Of a stretch of DNA of 64,000 bases, positions 12,488 to 24,217 are shown piece after piece (position 1 is the stretch's first letter; each line of letters opens with the position of its first letter). The DNA comes from Eremomyces bilateralis CBS 781.70 (taxonomy: Eukaryota), in assembly GCA_010015585.1 (NCBI GenBank), contig ML975149.1. One strand, 5' to 3'. The position numbers were made by a program, and so were the translations under genes. A model generated the notes under the pieces. The model had not been told where the DNA came from. It did not search any database and was given only the letters and a program-made list of their open reading frames with translations.

Positions 12488-15148
12488 ATGCCAGCAGCAC
12501 CGGTATGGACTTTTCCATTCGCTCCTTCAGGCCAACACTGATCACAAGTGGCGATAGGAAGAGCCTGCCCGCAAAGCATTCCACTGTGATATATGTGGGG
12601 TGAAATTGACGCTCCAGACGCATCTCCAGCGGCACCGACAACTTCATTCACGGTACTTCTCCTATGCTTCACTCGATCCATTACTGATTTTCTTGACAGT
12701 GGAGCTGGTCGAACAGAGGGCTTCCTATGTAAACCATGCGGTAAGCTTTTCAACGGAAAAGACATACTTTTGCATCATGGCCGACTGGTTCACGGCATCA
12801 CCCTACCGAATGGACGAAAAACTTCGTGCCAGAATTGCATTTGACAGAAGCTAAAGTGTTCACGTTCACCGCCTTGCGATTCTTGCGTCACTAGAGGCAC
12901 GGAATGCATTCTCCAGGATCTATCGAGCAATGCCAATTCGAATGCGACAGACTGCTCATTTTTCAAAAAGGACCCGAAACGCTGCATCTGCTCTATCCAG
13001 CAGCTCACCAACGACCCACTACAGTCCAGAATGCTCCGCCCAAGTGTCCATATCTTCATCCCGACCGTCTGGAGATGATCGAAGCATCGATACCCAACCA
13101 CCGGAGCTCCCTCTCAATAACATCCAGCACCTACCTCCAAATCTAACGAGACTGAACAGAGGCTTATATGCTCTCAGTCTTCCTCCTGAATTGCCACCAC
13201 CCAGAGACATTCATCAGCCTAAGCCAGCACGAATCAACTTGCTAGACAATAGCACCTTGATAAACCAATTAGGCGATCCAAGAAGCATATCTGACTTGGC
13301 TGTTGCCAACCTCGACTGGGACCCTTATGCTCCCCGGGGAATAGATTGTCTTGGAGTTGACTAGCAGTGCTTTTCGTTCCCACCCGAAAAGCTTGCTCAA
13401 CAGACCTTTTTTGGCCAGTTGATGGATATACCAACAGCAACAGCTTTCGCGGAAGCTGCGCGCTTCGGTTCCACAGACTGTTCTCCGTTGCCATAGTTTT
13501 CAGGCTCCGCCGTTCCTTCGTCCCCTGTGAACAGACATGACATGGTGAATAACCCAACAGTTCATGGGCGAGGACTTAGTCAGTGCTCTTCGATTGCAAG
13601 TACAACACTCGCGAGCAGTATCAGCAGCGTTCTCTCCCAACCGTATCTGCCGTCAGACATCGATTCACCAGAGCATAGCGCCGCAGTTCACCATCTCAAA
13701 AAAATGGTCACAGTTTACTTTGCGGACTTCTATCGTGGGTTACCAGTCATGCTTCAACCGATATGGGACATTGCAAAATATCCCACAAACCTCGTAGCTG
13801 CCCTAGTACGTCTTGGGTCTACAAAGTGCCATAGGAAGAAGGGGCTGGACGCGGAGTCAAGCATGCTGGCCGAGATATGTTTTCAGCATTTTAACGAAGC
13901 GGTATGCTCCACCAACTTTGCGTGCTACCTAGACTCTTACTGACTGGAGTGGACTCACAGTATGCACGCGCACCTGCCGATTATCAGAATATGGAGTTAG
14001 CAGCCGCATCCTTGTATCAGCAAGTGTACTACTTGGGTGTCGCCGTTCCGTCCCTCCATGAGAGCGCCGACAAACTTCCGCATTTGCATGGCATCAGTGG
14101 CGGGCGGCTGAGATTGCAAAGACACTCGCGTGGAGTGTTTTCAAATATGACAACAGTCTCTCGACTCTGACGACGAGGCGAGGCGTCGTGGGCTTGCAAG
14201 AACTTCCGGACAGACTGCCTTTTGATGAGGGCCTTTGGGAGGCGCAGTCTGCCGTGGCATGGGTGTCAATGGCATCCTTAACGGAACATTCGCTCCAGGG
14301 AGCTCGTTTTCGGCCGCTTCTTCGTGAAATCTTGAATGGAAAAGTGATTTCGGACAATGTGCCATCATAGTGGAAGCGCTGTTGCGCCCAAACCATGGCT
14401 CGACTATTCTGGAATCTAAAGGAGATGGACGACTCTATCCTAAACCTTTACGCCCTGAATTCGTTCACTGACTCTCAGAAACCTCTCAGAAAGTACCTGT
14501 TTCAGAGTCCGAAATTGCTGCATGATTCTACCGTAAGACCATCCCGACCTCAGGACCTTGTTCATGTCAAGTAAGTATTGAAACTGTGACTAGATCGACT
14601 GGTACCTAACACTATCTGCACAACGTGCCTTGTTTATCATAATGCGAACTTGTACAGCCAACGAGAGATGAGGAAAATGATTGTGCTCATCTGCCAGAAC
14701 AGAACTAGCGCAAACGATACGGAGTTTAATATGGCAAAGACCAGGCTGCAAATTGTACTCGCTAGTGATCCTGTCCATGCGAGACTCGTATACCACGCGG
14801 CATCCATCATGGCAATTTCTAGAGTGCACAGTCAACACCCCATGCGAGATAACGAGGGATTTTGACGCTTATGCATATGTTATTGCATTTGTCAAATTCG
14901 GCTCAGGAAAGAGGAAGACACCTGTCAATCCTAGCACTCCCGTTATGGCCAGCGGCACTTTTGCCAATGAAGCCAGCGAAAGTGAAGGTTCCGTCAGGCT
15001 CGACCGTATTCCTTGGTCTCGTACAGCCGCGCAGAATAATGCAGTTGAAATCTGGATCAGCAATAATTGTGGCTATCCTTCCATTGATGATGCATACGAC
15101 ATCTACGAAGCAGGCGGCTATGCAAAACTCAAGACCATTGCCCTTTAG
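12488..15148 (+). pseudogene. Disrupted transcription factor with 2x C2H2 + Zn2Cys6 + fungal TF domain (Cmr1/Pig1-type architecture)
   Basis: FHCDICGVKLTLQTHLQRHRQLH; FLCKPCGKLFNGKDILLHHGRLVH; CQNCI*QKLKCSRSPPCDSCVTRGTEC with an in-frame TGA at 12842-12844; further in-frame TAGs at 12555-12557 and 14368-14370. Confidence 0.8.
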
Positions 15149-15951
15149 GCTATAGAGAGCTTGAGCGTGTGGGATTTATCACGTAGATTCTACAGCACTC
15201 TAGATAATTTAAACTAACTTAGGTTGGATAAGTTAACTAGTTAGTTAGTGCTAAGTTAACTGATAACTAGTCACTACTGCTTTGAATGATGTATTCTCGG
15301 ATACGAAATCTTTGCTCATATGCCGTCACTGGACACCATCTTGTTAGAGCCGTCGATGACCCAATGGTGCGAAGTCCGACCTGGACGAAGTGGATGAAAA
15401 TGTACGGGTGGCCTTCGGCTACTGGCCTCCAAATGTCTTGCCCGCCTTATTGATACGCTCCCTCTGTCGTCTTTGCTCTCGAAGCTTCTTGACTTGATGA
15501 CTATAAACCTGGTGGCTGCATGCGTTTGTTTTCGCTCTCATTTCTAACATATGACGCGCACCCAAAGATACGGTGTATGCTAGACAGGGATATGGAGATA
15601 GAGTTGGATCCAAGTATGCATGTGCGGGGGGGGGAAATAGCGCCGGAGAACCCGCAGTATGATTTTGCAGCTCCGAGAGGGAACTCCGGCGTGGTCTCCG
15701 TCTCCACATCCCCCAGAAAGACAGCAACGTGCCCCGCAACCCCCCATCCTGTCTCCACGCACATGGCCGTTGTTTCTTGTGCTGCTAGAGTAGAATCTCA
15801 CAGTTGCGGGGCTAAAGAAAGAGAAGGACGTGTCTATTTGCCTATAAATGGCGTTGGGTAGAGTCGTGGTGGGCGATCGCCGTCATCATATCCCCCGCAA
15901 CATCCACAAGACAGTCCATCAACCTGAAGCCAGTTGACCAACAACATCAAG

Positions 15952-17024
15952 ATGCCGTGCGAAGATGTTGAGTTCAAGACGCAAGACGGTCTGACCTTGC
16001 GAGGGTTGTTTTACACCCCAGCAACTGCCTCCAAAGGGGCCAAGCTCCCTTGCATTGTGATGAGCAATGGCTTTGGCGCGATAAAAGAGATGGGCATATT
16101 GCCTTTCGCCGAGCGGTTTCCGGCTGAGCTTCCCGTCACGGTGCTGCTTTACGACAATCGAAATCTTGGTGCGAGTGATGGAGAACCTCGACAGGAGGTC
16201 ATTCCTGCTCATCAAATCGCCGACTACAGCGACGCAATCACCTATGCTCAGCTGCGACCGGACGTTGATGAGAAGAAGATCGCAGTCTGGGGCACGAGCT
16301 ACAGTGCCGCTCACGTTCTCACGGTTGCAGCCGTTGATCGCAGAGTGAAGGCGGTGATCAGCCAGGTATGCAGGATTCTATCCAAGTCCGGAACACAGCT
16401 AATTGATATGCATCAGTTCCCTGTCACAGATGGATGGACCAATTTCCATCGGATGACCAGAAACGATTTGGTGAAGAACATGGAGGCCCTGTTTGAGAAG
16501 GGTGAGTCGTTTTCAAATCATCGGTCCAGTAGGACAATCTCTGACAAGAAATAGATCGCCAAGGACGCGCCAGAGGTGAACCGGCAATTACGATCAAGAA
16601 TGTATCCAACCAACCCGACAAGGAACTTTGCAATCTTCCGACTCCAGATAGCTACGAATATGTAACTTCATGGATGAAGAAGTACCCCGCAGTAAGGAAC
16701 GAAATCACAGTCTCGAGGTGAGTAACCTAAAAATCGAGTTCACAAGCGTTCTACTGATGCAAGTATTTCAGCATCGAAGCCTTCCGAGCATACAATGCGT
16801 CCGGCTACATCCATCACATCTCTCCCACGCCATTGCTTATGTGCGTCGCGGACAAGGATGAGCTCACACCTACCGATATTGCCATCGAATCCTACTCGCG
16901 TGCACGGGAGCCCAAGGACATCTATATCTTCCCAGGTGGTCATTACGACGGTTATTATGGAGAAACATTCGAGAAGGTCATCGCTTACCAGATTGGGTTC
17001 TGGAAGAAGCATTTTCTGGTGTAA
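15952..17024 (+). CDS. Alpha/beta hydrolase (FrsA/S15-like serine hydrolase or thioesterase); 3 introns
   Basis: DVEFKTQDGLTLRG, VLLYDNRNLGASDGEPRQE, nucleophile elbow WGTSYS, acid ADKD, catalytic His GGHY. Confidence 0.85.
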
Positions 17025-18198
17025 TGCGAGTGACGGTTCTAAATGCCTGTGGTGAGAAATGTGTATCAAACAACTCGAATTCTTACTGTAGACCAATATT
17101 TTCAGTGCATCCAGTGTATCCAGTGTGATCTCAGCTTCTACTTTTGGGTACTCCCTACACACCACGCATGTCCAAGGCTCTCCACCGATCCCTCGGGCTA
17201 ACACTAAGCATCCTCTACCATATTCTCATTGCACTTGGAATGTTATACGTGAATCTTTTCCTTCGATATGGTATGCAGAGGGCTCTTCGAAAATTCAGTC
17301 ATCGTTTCCCTATCATCTCGTTGGTAGTCCAACATATTAGCGAGATTCAGAGGACCGTGGACAGCTATAGCTCGATACCCTTCAACGTCACGGCACCATT
17401 GTTTGGAATACTGAATTGTATGTGCTTTGAAGGTCAGAGCCGTGAACCTGAAGAGACTGACAGGGGTCTGTAGAAAGCTGCAGAGTGTGCCTGGCCAAAA
17501 TTAGATCAGTGCTGCCACTACCGGCCCCGTGGCCCATGTCGAGTACCTTCAGTCAGTTCAGTAGGAGGTTTCACTTCGCATCGTGTCTTTGCGATCAGTG
17601 ATATTGAACCGACCGATCAGAACGCAAAATTCTTGATATTAGGAGGTAAATCGATTAAATCCGGATGGTCCTGCGCGTACACGTAGGGTATTCTACACGT
17701 ACACGCACCCAGTTTCTACGCGTACACGCACCCAATTACTAGACGTACACGTAGCCAAAAATGGTTAGCCTACTAATTTCTGTGACCACCAACTCGCTCA
17801 ACGTGCAACTGCAGAACTCGCGGAAATGGTGATATAGAAGTACTAGATATCAACTGTCAGAGATCAGAATGTCTCTGTTTTTCGGGGACCTCCAGTTTCC
17901 TACCCGTGACCCCATATTCCTAACTATGACAACGCATCATGCATCCCGCGATGTTACCAGCCCCTCACTCTTTGCTTTTTCGCTCGTCTTGAGCAAGCCA
18001 AGGTCTCTAGGGCCATGAAATGTATACAGAACTTAAATATGGGCGTATTCCCGCAGGTTTTATGCTCATCAGGATCAAGGTCAATCTATCTACGCTCTTT
18101 TGGAATCTAACGGTGTTTTCCCACTGTATCGCTGCACTAATCACCTGATTGAGCGAAACCGCCATTTATCTCACATCAACGCCAATCTTGTTCCGACT

Positions 18199-20686
18199 AT
18201 GGCTCTCCGCCCAACTAATTCGTTGGGCCTAGTCCCGTATCTCGATTCGTCAGATTTTGATGGAAATGAGGAGGGAAGTGAGGAGGAAAGTGAGGCTGGA
18301 GATAGTGATATGGAGGAGAGCTTTGCGACTGCAGACGAGGAGATTAGCGATGAGGTCGACCAAGATATAGAGGACTTACCTAACTCCTTCTTCAACGACT
18401 TCCTAAATACGATACAGGAGGACTATATCAATCTTTCCGCCCCACCGGTCCAGCCTGATCAAGGGTGGAAAGATATCGACGATGCCTACCAATATCTCCT
18501 CCAATACGCGCGTGATCGGCATTTCGGTATCCGTAGAGGTAAGACCTTTACGGATAAGAACTGGGATGAGAAGGATCGTACCTGGTTCGAGTGCGATCGG
18601 TCCGGAAAGCCTCCAAAAATCCCGTCCTTAATCCGCAAGACTGGAAGTTCGAAAACCGGCTGTGGATGGGTGGTTAAGACCAAACTCGACCGTAATACGC
18701 GGCGTTGGGTTATTCATACCATGGTTCTCGAGCATAACCATAGCATTGTCTCCTCGGCATCAGCTCACCGCAGCCACCGTAAATTGACTGTGGAACAGAA
18801 GCAGGAAATTGACAAGATGACAATGGCTGGATGTACGCCAAAACAGATCTATAACGCCATCCTATCCGGCACAGATTTGATCAGGAGAGATATATATAAT
18901 CGACGCGACTTTTTGAAGCTCCACCGCTTGAAAGGACAGTCCTATATTCAAGCACTTCTCCGGGAACTTAGCACGCGAACCGACCTAATCACCGGCCACC
19001 AATATGACCCAGAAACGAGGCGGATCACTCACCTTTTCTTCGCTCACCGGCGGTCCTTGGAAGTACTCCAAAACCAACATGATGTCTTGATCTTGGATTG
19101 TACGTACAAGACTAATAAGTACAAGATGCCTCTCTTCCATGCCGTTGGAGCAACGGCATCAAAGACAAACTTTGATATCGCGTTCGCCTTTATGAAGGGA
19201 GAGACCGAAGACGACTATATTTGGGTATTAAGTCAGCTCAAAAGTGCTATAGGTATACTTCTTCCACGCCTAATACTCACGGATAGCGAGGACGCCTTGA
19301 TCAATGCACTCGAGCTCGTTTTCGCCGGGATTCCGTGCCATCTATGTAATTGGCATATCTTTATGAATGTTAATACCAATCTCACGCGAAAGTTCGTACT
19401 TCCAAGACATCTTGATATCTTATATCCGACAAAGGCGCAAAGGGAGGACATGTCACAGGAAAATTACCTTAGCTATATCTGCCCTTCTACTAGCCTCCTA
19501 GTAGGGGCGTCCCTTTTTGGGGATTTAGCTTAGTTGGTTACATTTGACAGGACATGAGGAAGCTCCGTGCTCAATTTCTGAAAGATTTCAAGAAGGTAAG
19601 TGGCTCTAAAACCGCGGAGATCAAAGTGAGATCGAGCTATGAGATACGTACGTTGATATCTCTGGAAATGGCTATTTTGGAGACTCCGCGGTCCTAACAC
19701 ATACTTTGAGTTCGGGAATTTTGCTAACTATACGCTCACAGGTCGCTTACGCGAAAACTCCTAATGACTTCGATTCTGCGTACAATAAGCTCAAAGACGC
19801 CCACCACGACCAACAACCCACTTTCGACTATATTGACCGATATGTCCTTCCTAAACGTGAGCGATTCGCCGCGGCGTGGACCGACCAACGAATCAATTGG
19901 GGGATACGGTCGACACAGGGAGGAGAGAGCGCTCACGGCGTGATCAAGCAGCACGTTACAGAAGCAAATGGAGATTTGATGAATGTGACTACTCTGATAC
20001 TCCAGGCGGTCGTACAGAATGCCAATGAGTCTATTGCCGCCAACGATACGGCCTCTATTAGGACTTTAACGCGGTGGAGATGTAATTCAGTCATCTCTGA
20101 CGACCTCCTCGACAAGGTCTCCAAACCGGCCTTGAATTACCTGATGGAGCAGACTCAATTAGCTCGCGCGACTCTCCTTACCCGCCCTATACCTCTCCAG
20201 CCTTGTACAGGGACTTTTGCTAAATCGAAGGGCCTACCGTGCTCCCATACTATTAGCGAGAACCTCCGGCGGAATAGAGACTGGCAGATTCCCCTTTCCT
20301 TGATTGATGAGCACTGGCTATATTTCAGGAAGCCTGTCTTCGGTCCTGCACAGGATCCATTCCGCCATCTTCGAGAGCCTGCAATTCCTATCTCTCAGCG
20401 GACCGTTCGCCAGCCAGAGCTACAGGGCGTTGTCTTGGTCTCTCCATCTGGTGAACTCCAAGCCGCAGCCTCGCAGTCTACGACTACACCGCATGGCACG
20501 TCCTCTCATCGCGAAGAGGTTGGATTTGAAACCGCAGATCGAGAGGCTAATCGTGCTCCACGCCCACAGCCTATACCAAGGCAAAGGCGTGCGAGGGGAG
20601 CAAATCAAAGGCGTGGTACGGGAGCGACTCGCGGAGCGATCCAAAGGACCTCAGATGGTGGAGTTTTTATGACTCTCGACTTATGA
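18199..20686 (+). pseudogene. MULE transposase (FAR1/WRKY-like zinc finger, DDE domain, SWIM finger), interrupted by a 99-bp insertion; intron 19596-19741
   Basis: CDRSG...KTGCGW...LEHNH; LILDCTYKTNKYKMPL; LTDSEDAL; CHLCNWHI; GESAHGVIK; CTGTFAKSKGLPCSH. Confidence 0.9.
19451..19549. mobile_element. 99-bp TG...CA insertion (solo-LTR-like or miniature element) with 5-bp TSD
   Basis: Begins TGTCA, ends TGACA, flanked by GGACA (19446-19450 and 19550-19554); removing it plus one TSD restores the transposase frame REDMRKLRAQFLKDFKK. Confidence 0.85.
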
Positions 20687-21236
20687 TATATCTTTTATAC
20701 TACACGTTCATTTCTCTATTATATATCTATCTCTACATCACCATTTCCGCGAGTTCTGCAGTTGCACGTTGAGCGAGTTGGTGGTCACAGAAATGAGTAG
20801 GCTAACCATTTTTGGCTACGTGTACGTCTAGTAATTGGGTGCGTGTACGTGTAGAAACTGGGTGCGTGTACGTGTAGAATACCCTACGTGTACGCGCAGG
20901 ACCATCCATTAAATCCCATTTCGGCCTCGGTGTTCCCAAAATTTAGACCCCGACGCTCGGGAAAAGAGCCGAAGTTTAGGGTACCGAGCCTTTTGACCGG
21001 GTTTTCTGGCCTACTGTCCAAGCCAGGGACCGAAACTCCAAATGAACAAGATATTAATGACATTTCATGTGGGGGGACTTCCCCGGCGTCGGGCTTGATG
21101 CTATCTTTCTATTACAAAAATGCGATTCTTTGCACCAAAATACCTCAGTATTTGGCTTTGATCTAATGGCGGGAAACAGCCAGACGTCTGTAGATATTCA
21201 CGAAGGTTTCAAGACTTACTCGTCGCGTTCAGGTTA

Positions 21237-22556
21237 CTACGAAGAATCCTCCAATCCAAAACTCTTGAAAATAGCTGCATTATGCTCGCCCACCGCTGGC
21301 ACCGGGTCCATACGCGCTCTCAAGCTGTCTTCTGTTCCATGTGACGGGACACCCGGCGGAATTAGAGCTGGAACACGGCCGATCGGAGTGTCCACCTCCG
21401 TCCAGCGGCCTCGTTCACGAAGCTGTGGATGATCCCATACTCCTTGCATGTCGTTCACGTTAGCATTGGCGATGCCCGCGCTGTCCAGCTGCGCGACCGC
21501 TTCTGCGGCTGTCAACTTCGAGAATGCGTCATAAATGATGTCTCGTAGTTCGGTGCGGTTCTCTGTGCGCTGGGAGTTGTTGCAGAAACGAGGGTCCTTG
21601 ACGAGGTCGGCATTGTCGAGTAGTTGGACGCAGAACGTAGTCCATTCTCGTTCGTTCTGGATTCCGAGCATGACAGATTGGCCATCACCTGTTTCGAATG
21701 GACCGTATGGGTATATAGCTGCGTGGGAGGCGCCGGCGGGCGTCGGGCCAGGAGCCTTCTTGTGCGTATAGTACATGGGAAAGCCCATCCATTCCACCAT
21801 GCTCTCAAGCATAGAGATATCAATCTTACAACCCTGACCCGTTTTCTGGCGTTGCAAAATCGCGGCTAGGATGTTGGTGTACGCATACATGCCAGCTGCA
21901 ATATCCGCAATGGAGATGCCGACCTTTGCTGGCTCGCTCCCCGTTCCGGTGACAGAAAGCATGCCCGACTCGCTCTGAATGAGTAGGTCATAAGCTTTCT
22001 TGGTACGGTACGGGCCATCCTGCCCGTACCCGGAAATGTCGCATACGATCAACTTTGGGTTTTCGGCTCGTAGAGCTTCGTAGGAAAGTCCCATTCGCGC
22101 CGTCGCACCAGGAGCCAGATTTTGAACCAAGACATCCGCTTGTCCCAGGAGTTTCTTCAACATTCCCAGCTCTTTAGGTTTTTTCAGGTCGAGCGCTAAA
22201 CTCTCCTTGGATCGATTCGTCCACACAAAATGAGAGGCCAGCCCATCCACTCGCGTATCATAGTCCCGTGCGAAATCGCCCACTCCGGGACGCTCAACTT
22301 TGATCACTCGTGCTCCCATGTCCGCCAGTTGTCTAGTGCAATATGGTGCTGCAATTGCTTGCTCGATACTAACGACTATTACACCCTCTAGAGGACGAGA
22401 GGCGCTCGACGGCTGCGATGAGTTGCTTCTTGGATGGCATGTAGATGTAAAGTGCTGAAGTCGAGTGGCGTAGCCCAGCATAGGCATTGCGGGTTGATAT
22501 GCTCTTGCCTTGCCGAAAAATGTGCGCATAGCGGCAACATTCCAGGGAACGTTCAT
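21237..22556 (-). CDS. ictA: Family III CoA-transferase (CaiB/BaiF), itaconyl-CoA transferase IctA-like, probably mitochondrial; start codon uncertain (22556, 22529 or 22487)
   Basis: PLEGVIVVSIEQAIAAPYCTRQLADMGARVIKVERPGVGDFARDYDTRVDGLASHFVWTNRSKESLALDLK; GISIADIAAG (catalytic Asp); closely resembles Aspergillus IctA as I recall it; Arg/Ser/Thr-rich presequence. Confidence 0.8.
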   Translation of the reverse strand: MNVPWNVAAMRTFFGKARAYQPAMPMLGYATRLQHFTSTCHPRSNSSQPSSASRPLEGVIVVSIEQAIAAPYCTRQLADMGARVIKVERPGVGDFARDYDTRVDGLASHFVWTNRSKESLALDLKKPKELGMLKKLLGQADVLVQNLAPGATARMGLSYEALRAENPKLIVCDISGYGQDGPYRTKKAYDLLIQSESGMLSVTGTGSEPAKVGISIADIAAGMYAYTNILAAILQRQKTGQGCKIDISMLESMVEWMGFPMYYTHKKAPGPTPAGASHAAIYPYGPFETGDGQSVMLGIQNEREWTTFCVQLLDNADLVKDPRFCNNSQRTENRTELRDIIYDAFSKLTAAEAVAQLDSAGIANANVNDMQGVWDHPQLRERGRWTEVDTPIGRVPALIPPGVPSHGTEDSLRARMDPVPAVGEHNAAIFKSFGLEDSS

Positions 22557-23282
22557 ATCTTCGACTTCTGAAGAGTCGGAGCCAGCGGCACTGGATGAGG
22601 CTGCACAACAGGTCAAAGGATTCCGGAAATGGTTTCAAACTGGAAGATAATTCTATGGCCGAAGATGGTTGGTATTGACTTCAGAGTATTGTTTCGTGAT
22701 GCCTGCGACACATAACATCGGGTTCCTAACCAAATACTATAAGGCTTTCGACCAGACTGGGATAATATATGACTGTGCACTCTGGCTGTATGGAGACTGT
22801 GGAGTAAATTACGATCGTTAGGCTCGGAATCTTCTGAAATGCAATTTCGGATAGACGACCCGGATCCCGCAGGCAGCCGAATTGAAGGCATACAGCCGAG
22901 CGAGCCTCCGATATGGTTCTCGCTCGCTCCTCAATCGTAACCGCATGTCAGGCATATCGGCTACCCTCGGCTATTGATATAGTGTCAGTCAACGTCAGCG
23001 GAGAGCTAGGGGGGCGGTCTTCGGAAGAGGAACGCAAGGAAGGCAGGAGTCTCGGGTTCACTAGTAAGCAGGCTATTCATCCATCATAGATTGAGACAAT
23101 GCAACGTGTATTTGCGCTTTCGGAAAGCACATTGGACTGGGCCGTGGGTGTTCACCCTGGGGATATCAAGGAAAATGAACTAGGCAGAGACGCTTAGAAC
23201 TTAGACGGCAAGATGATCAACGATCCCGTAATCAAGGCTGTACGGGGCTTGATGGGCCAAGCAAAGGCATGTGAAATCGATA

Positions 23283-23686
23283 ACGTATTCCACAAGCGAG
23301 CGGCGCATACAAGCGAGCGGCGCACCCCCTTTTACTAACAAATTCGGTTTCAATATCTCAACAACCACTGAATAATATAACCTGAAAACTTGGAATTATG
23401 CTTTCCTAGTCATTCCTAGCTTCATATTAAAATATCAGAGCACTAGCTTGTATAGATATCGAGATACCTACTTCTTGACAAGATTTATGGGCCAAACCTC
23501 TATATCTTTATAAATGTTCGTGCCAGAGCTCTGAAAATTCAATAGTAAGCTAGGAATGACTAGAAAAGTATGATTCCAAGTTTTCAGGTTATATTATTCA
23601 GTGGTTGTTGAGATATTGAAACCGAATTTGTTAGTAAAAGGGGGTGCGCCGCTCGCTTGTATGCGCCGCTCGCTTGTGGAATACGT
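23283..23686. mobile_element. Non-autonomous pogo/Fot1-type (Tc1-mariner) MITE, 404-bp near-palindrome
   Basis: TA TSD (23281-82 and 23687-88); ACGT termini; first 114 bp perfectly inverted, imperfect to about 165 bp and beyond; internal direct repeat ACAAGCGAGCGGCGCA x2 in each TIR. Confidence 0.93.
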
Positions 23687-24217
23687 TATACATAAGTTCT
23701 ATGAGAGATGGAAGGAATGATAGCTTCCCAGGAAACCAAATTCTTGGTCTGCACGTGCAGGGAAGTCTCCCAGCCAAACACACTCATGATCAGGTTACCG
23801 TTGGATGCTCTTGTATCATGTATGCTCTTACTACGTGCCTTCAAGCTCGATTGCTACATCAATTGATGGTTATGTGGAAGAAAAGTCCAGGGGTTAACAA
23901 TTTAACATGAACAGGATGTGGCGGTATGGACATGCTCCGACTAGCGCACGCGAGTGGGTTTGGCCATCATCCATTCTCCGTCTCCCCTACACAGTATACA
24001 CACCCCCCTCTTCGGGACAATGCGATAATACTGGATCTTTCTTGTCGGCTGCTACTATTCACAGATCTGCGAAGGTTAGGACACGTATCTTTGCCCTTTA
24101 GTCACCGTCGACATTGAAGCATGCGCTTGCTGCATGCTCAGTAAACCCGGATATCTTGTAGAAGCCTCCGACTGCACCCAGATGTAACCAAAGCGAAATC
24201 ATTCGTTGTTCAGCAGC

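Larger units (their letters stand above)
17663..20907 (+). mobile_element. Mutator-like (MULE) DNA transposon, 3245 bp
   Basis: 176-bp TIRs (17663-17838 and 20732-20907, about 3 mismatches) flanked by a perfect 9-bp TSD ATTAAATCC (17654-17662 and 20908-20916); encloses a MULE transposase. Confidence 0.97.

Noticed and set aside
17144..17473. 109-aa ORF faintly resembling a NACHT N-terminal helical domain
   Set aside because: Similarity is too weak and no downstream NTPase motifs are visible
17663..17760. Regularly spaced CGTACACG repeats look superficially like a CRISPR array
   Set aside because: They are subterminal repeats of the MULE TIR, mirrored at 20810-20907; the context is eukaryotic with no cas genes
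19452..19550. The 99-bp insert as a precise introner (GT at 19452, AG at 19550)
   Set aside because: That splice leaves 5 extra nt and gives ATG ACA TGA, so it does not restore the frame
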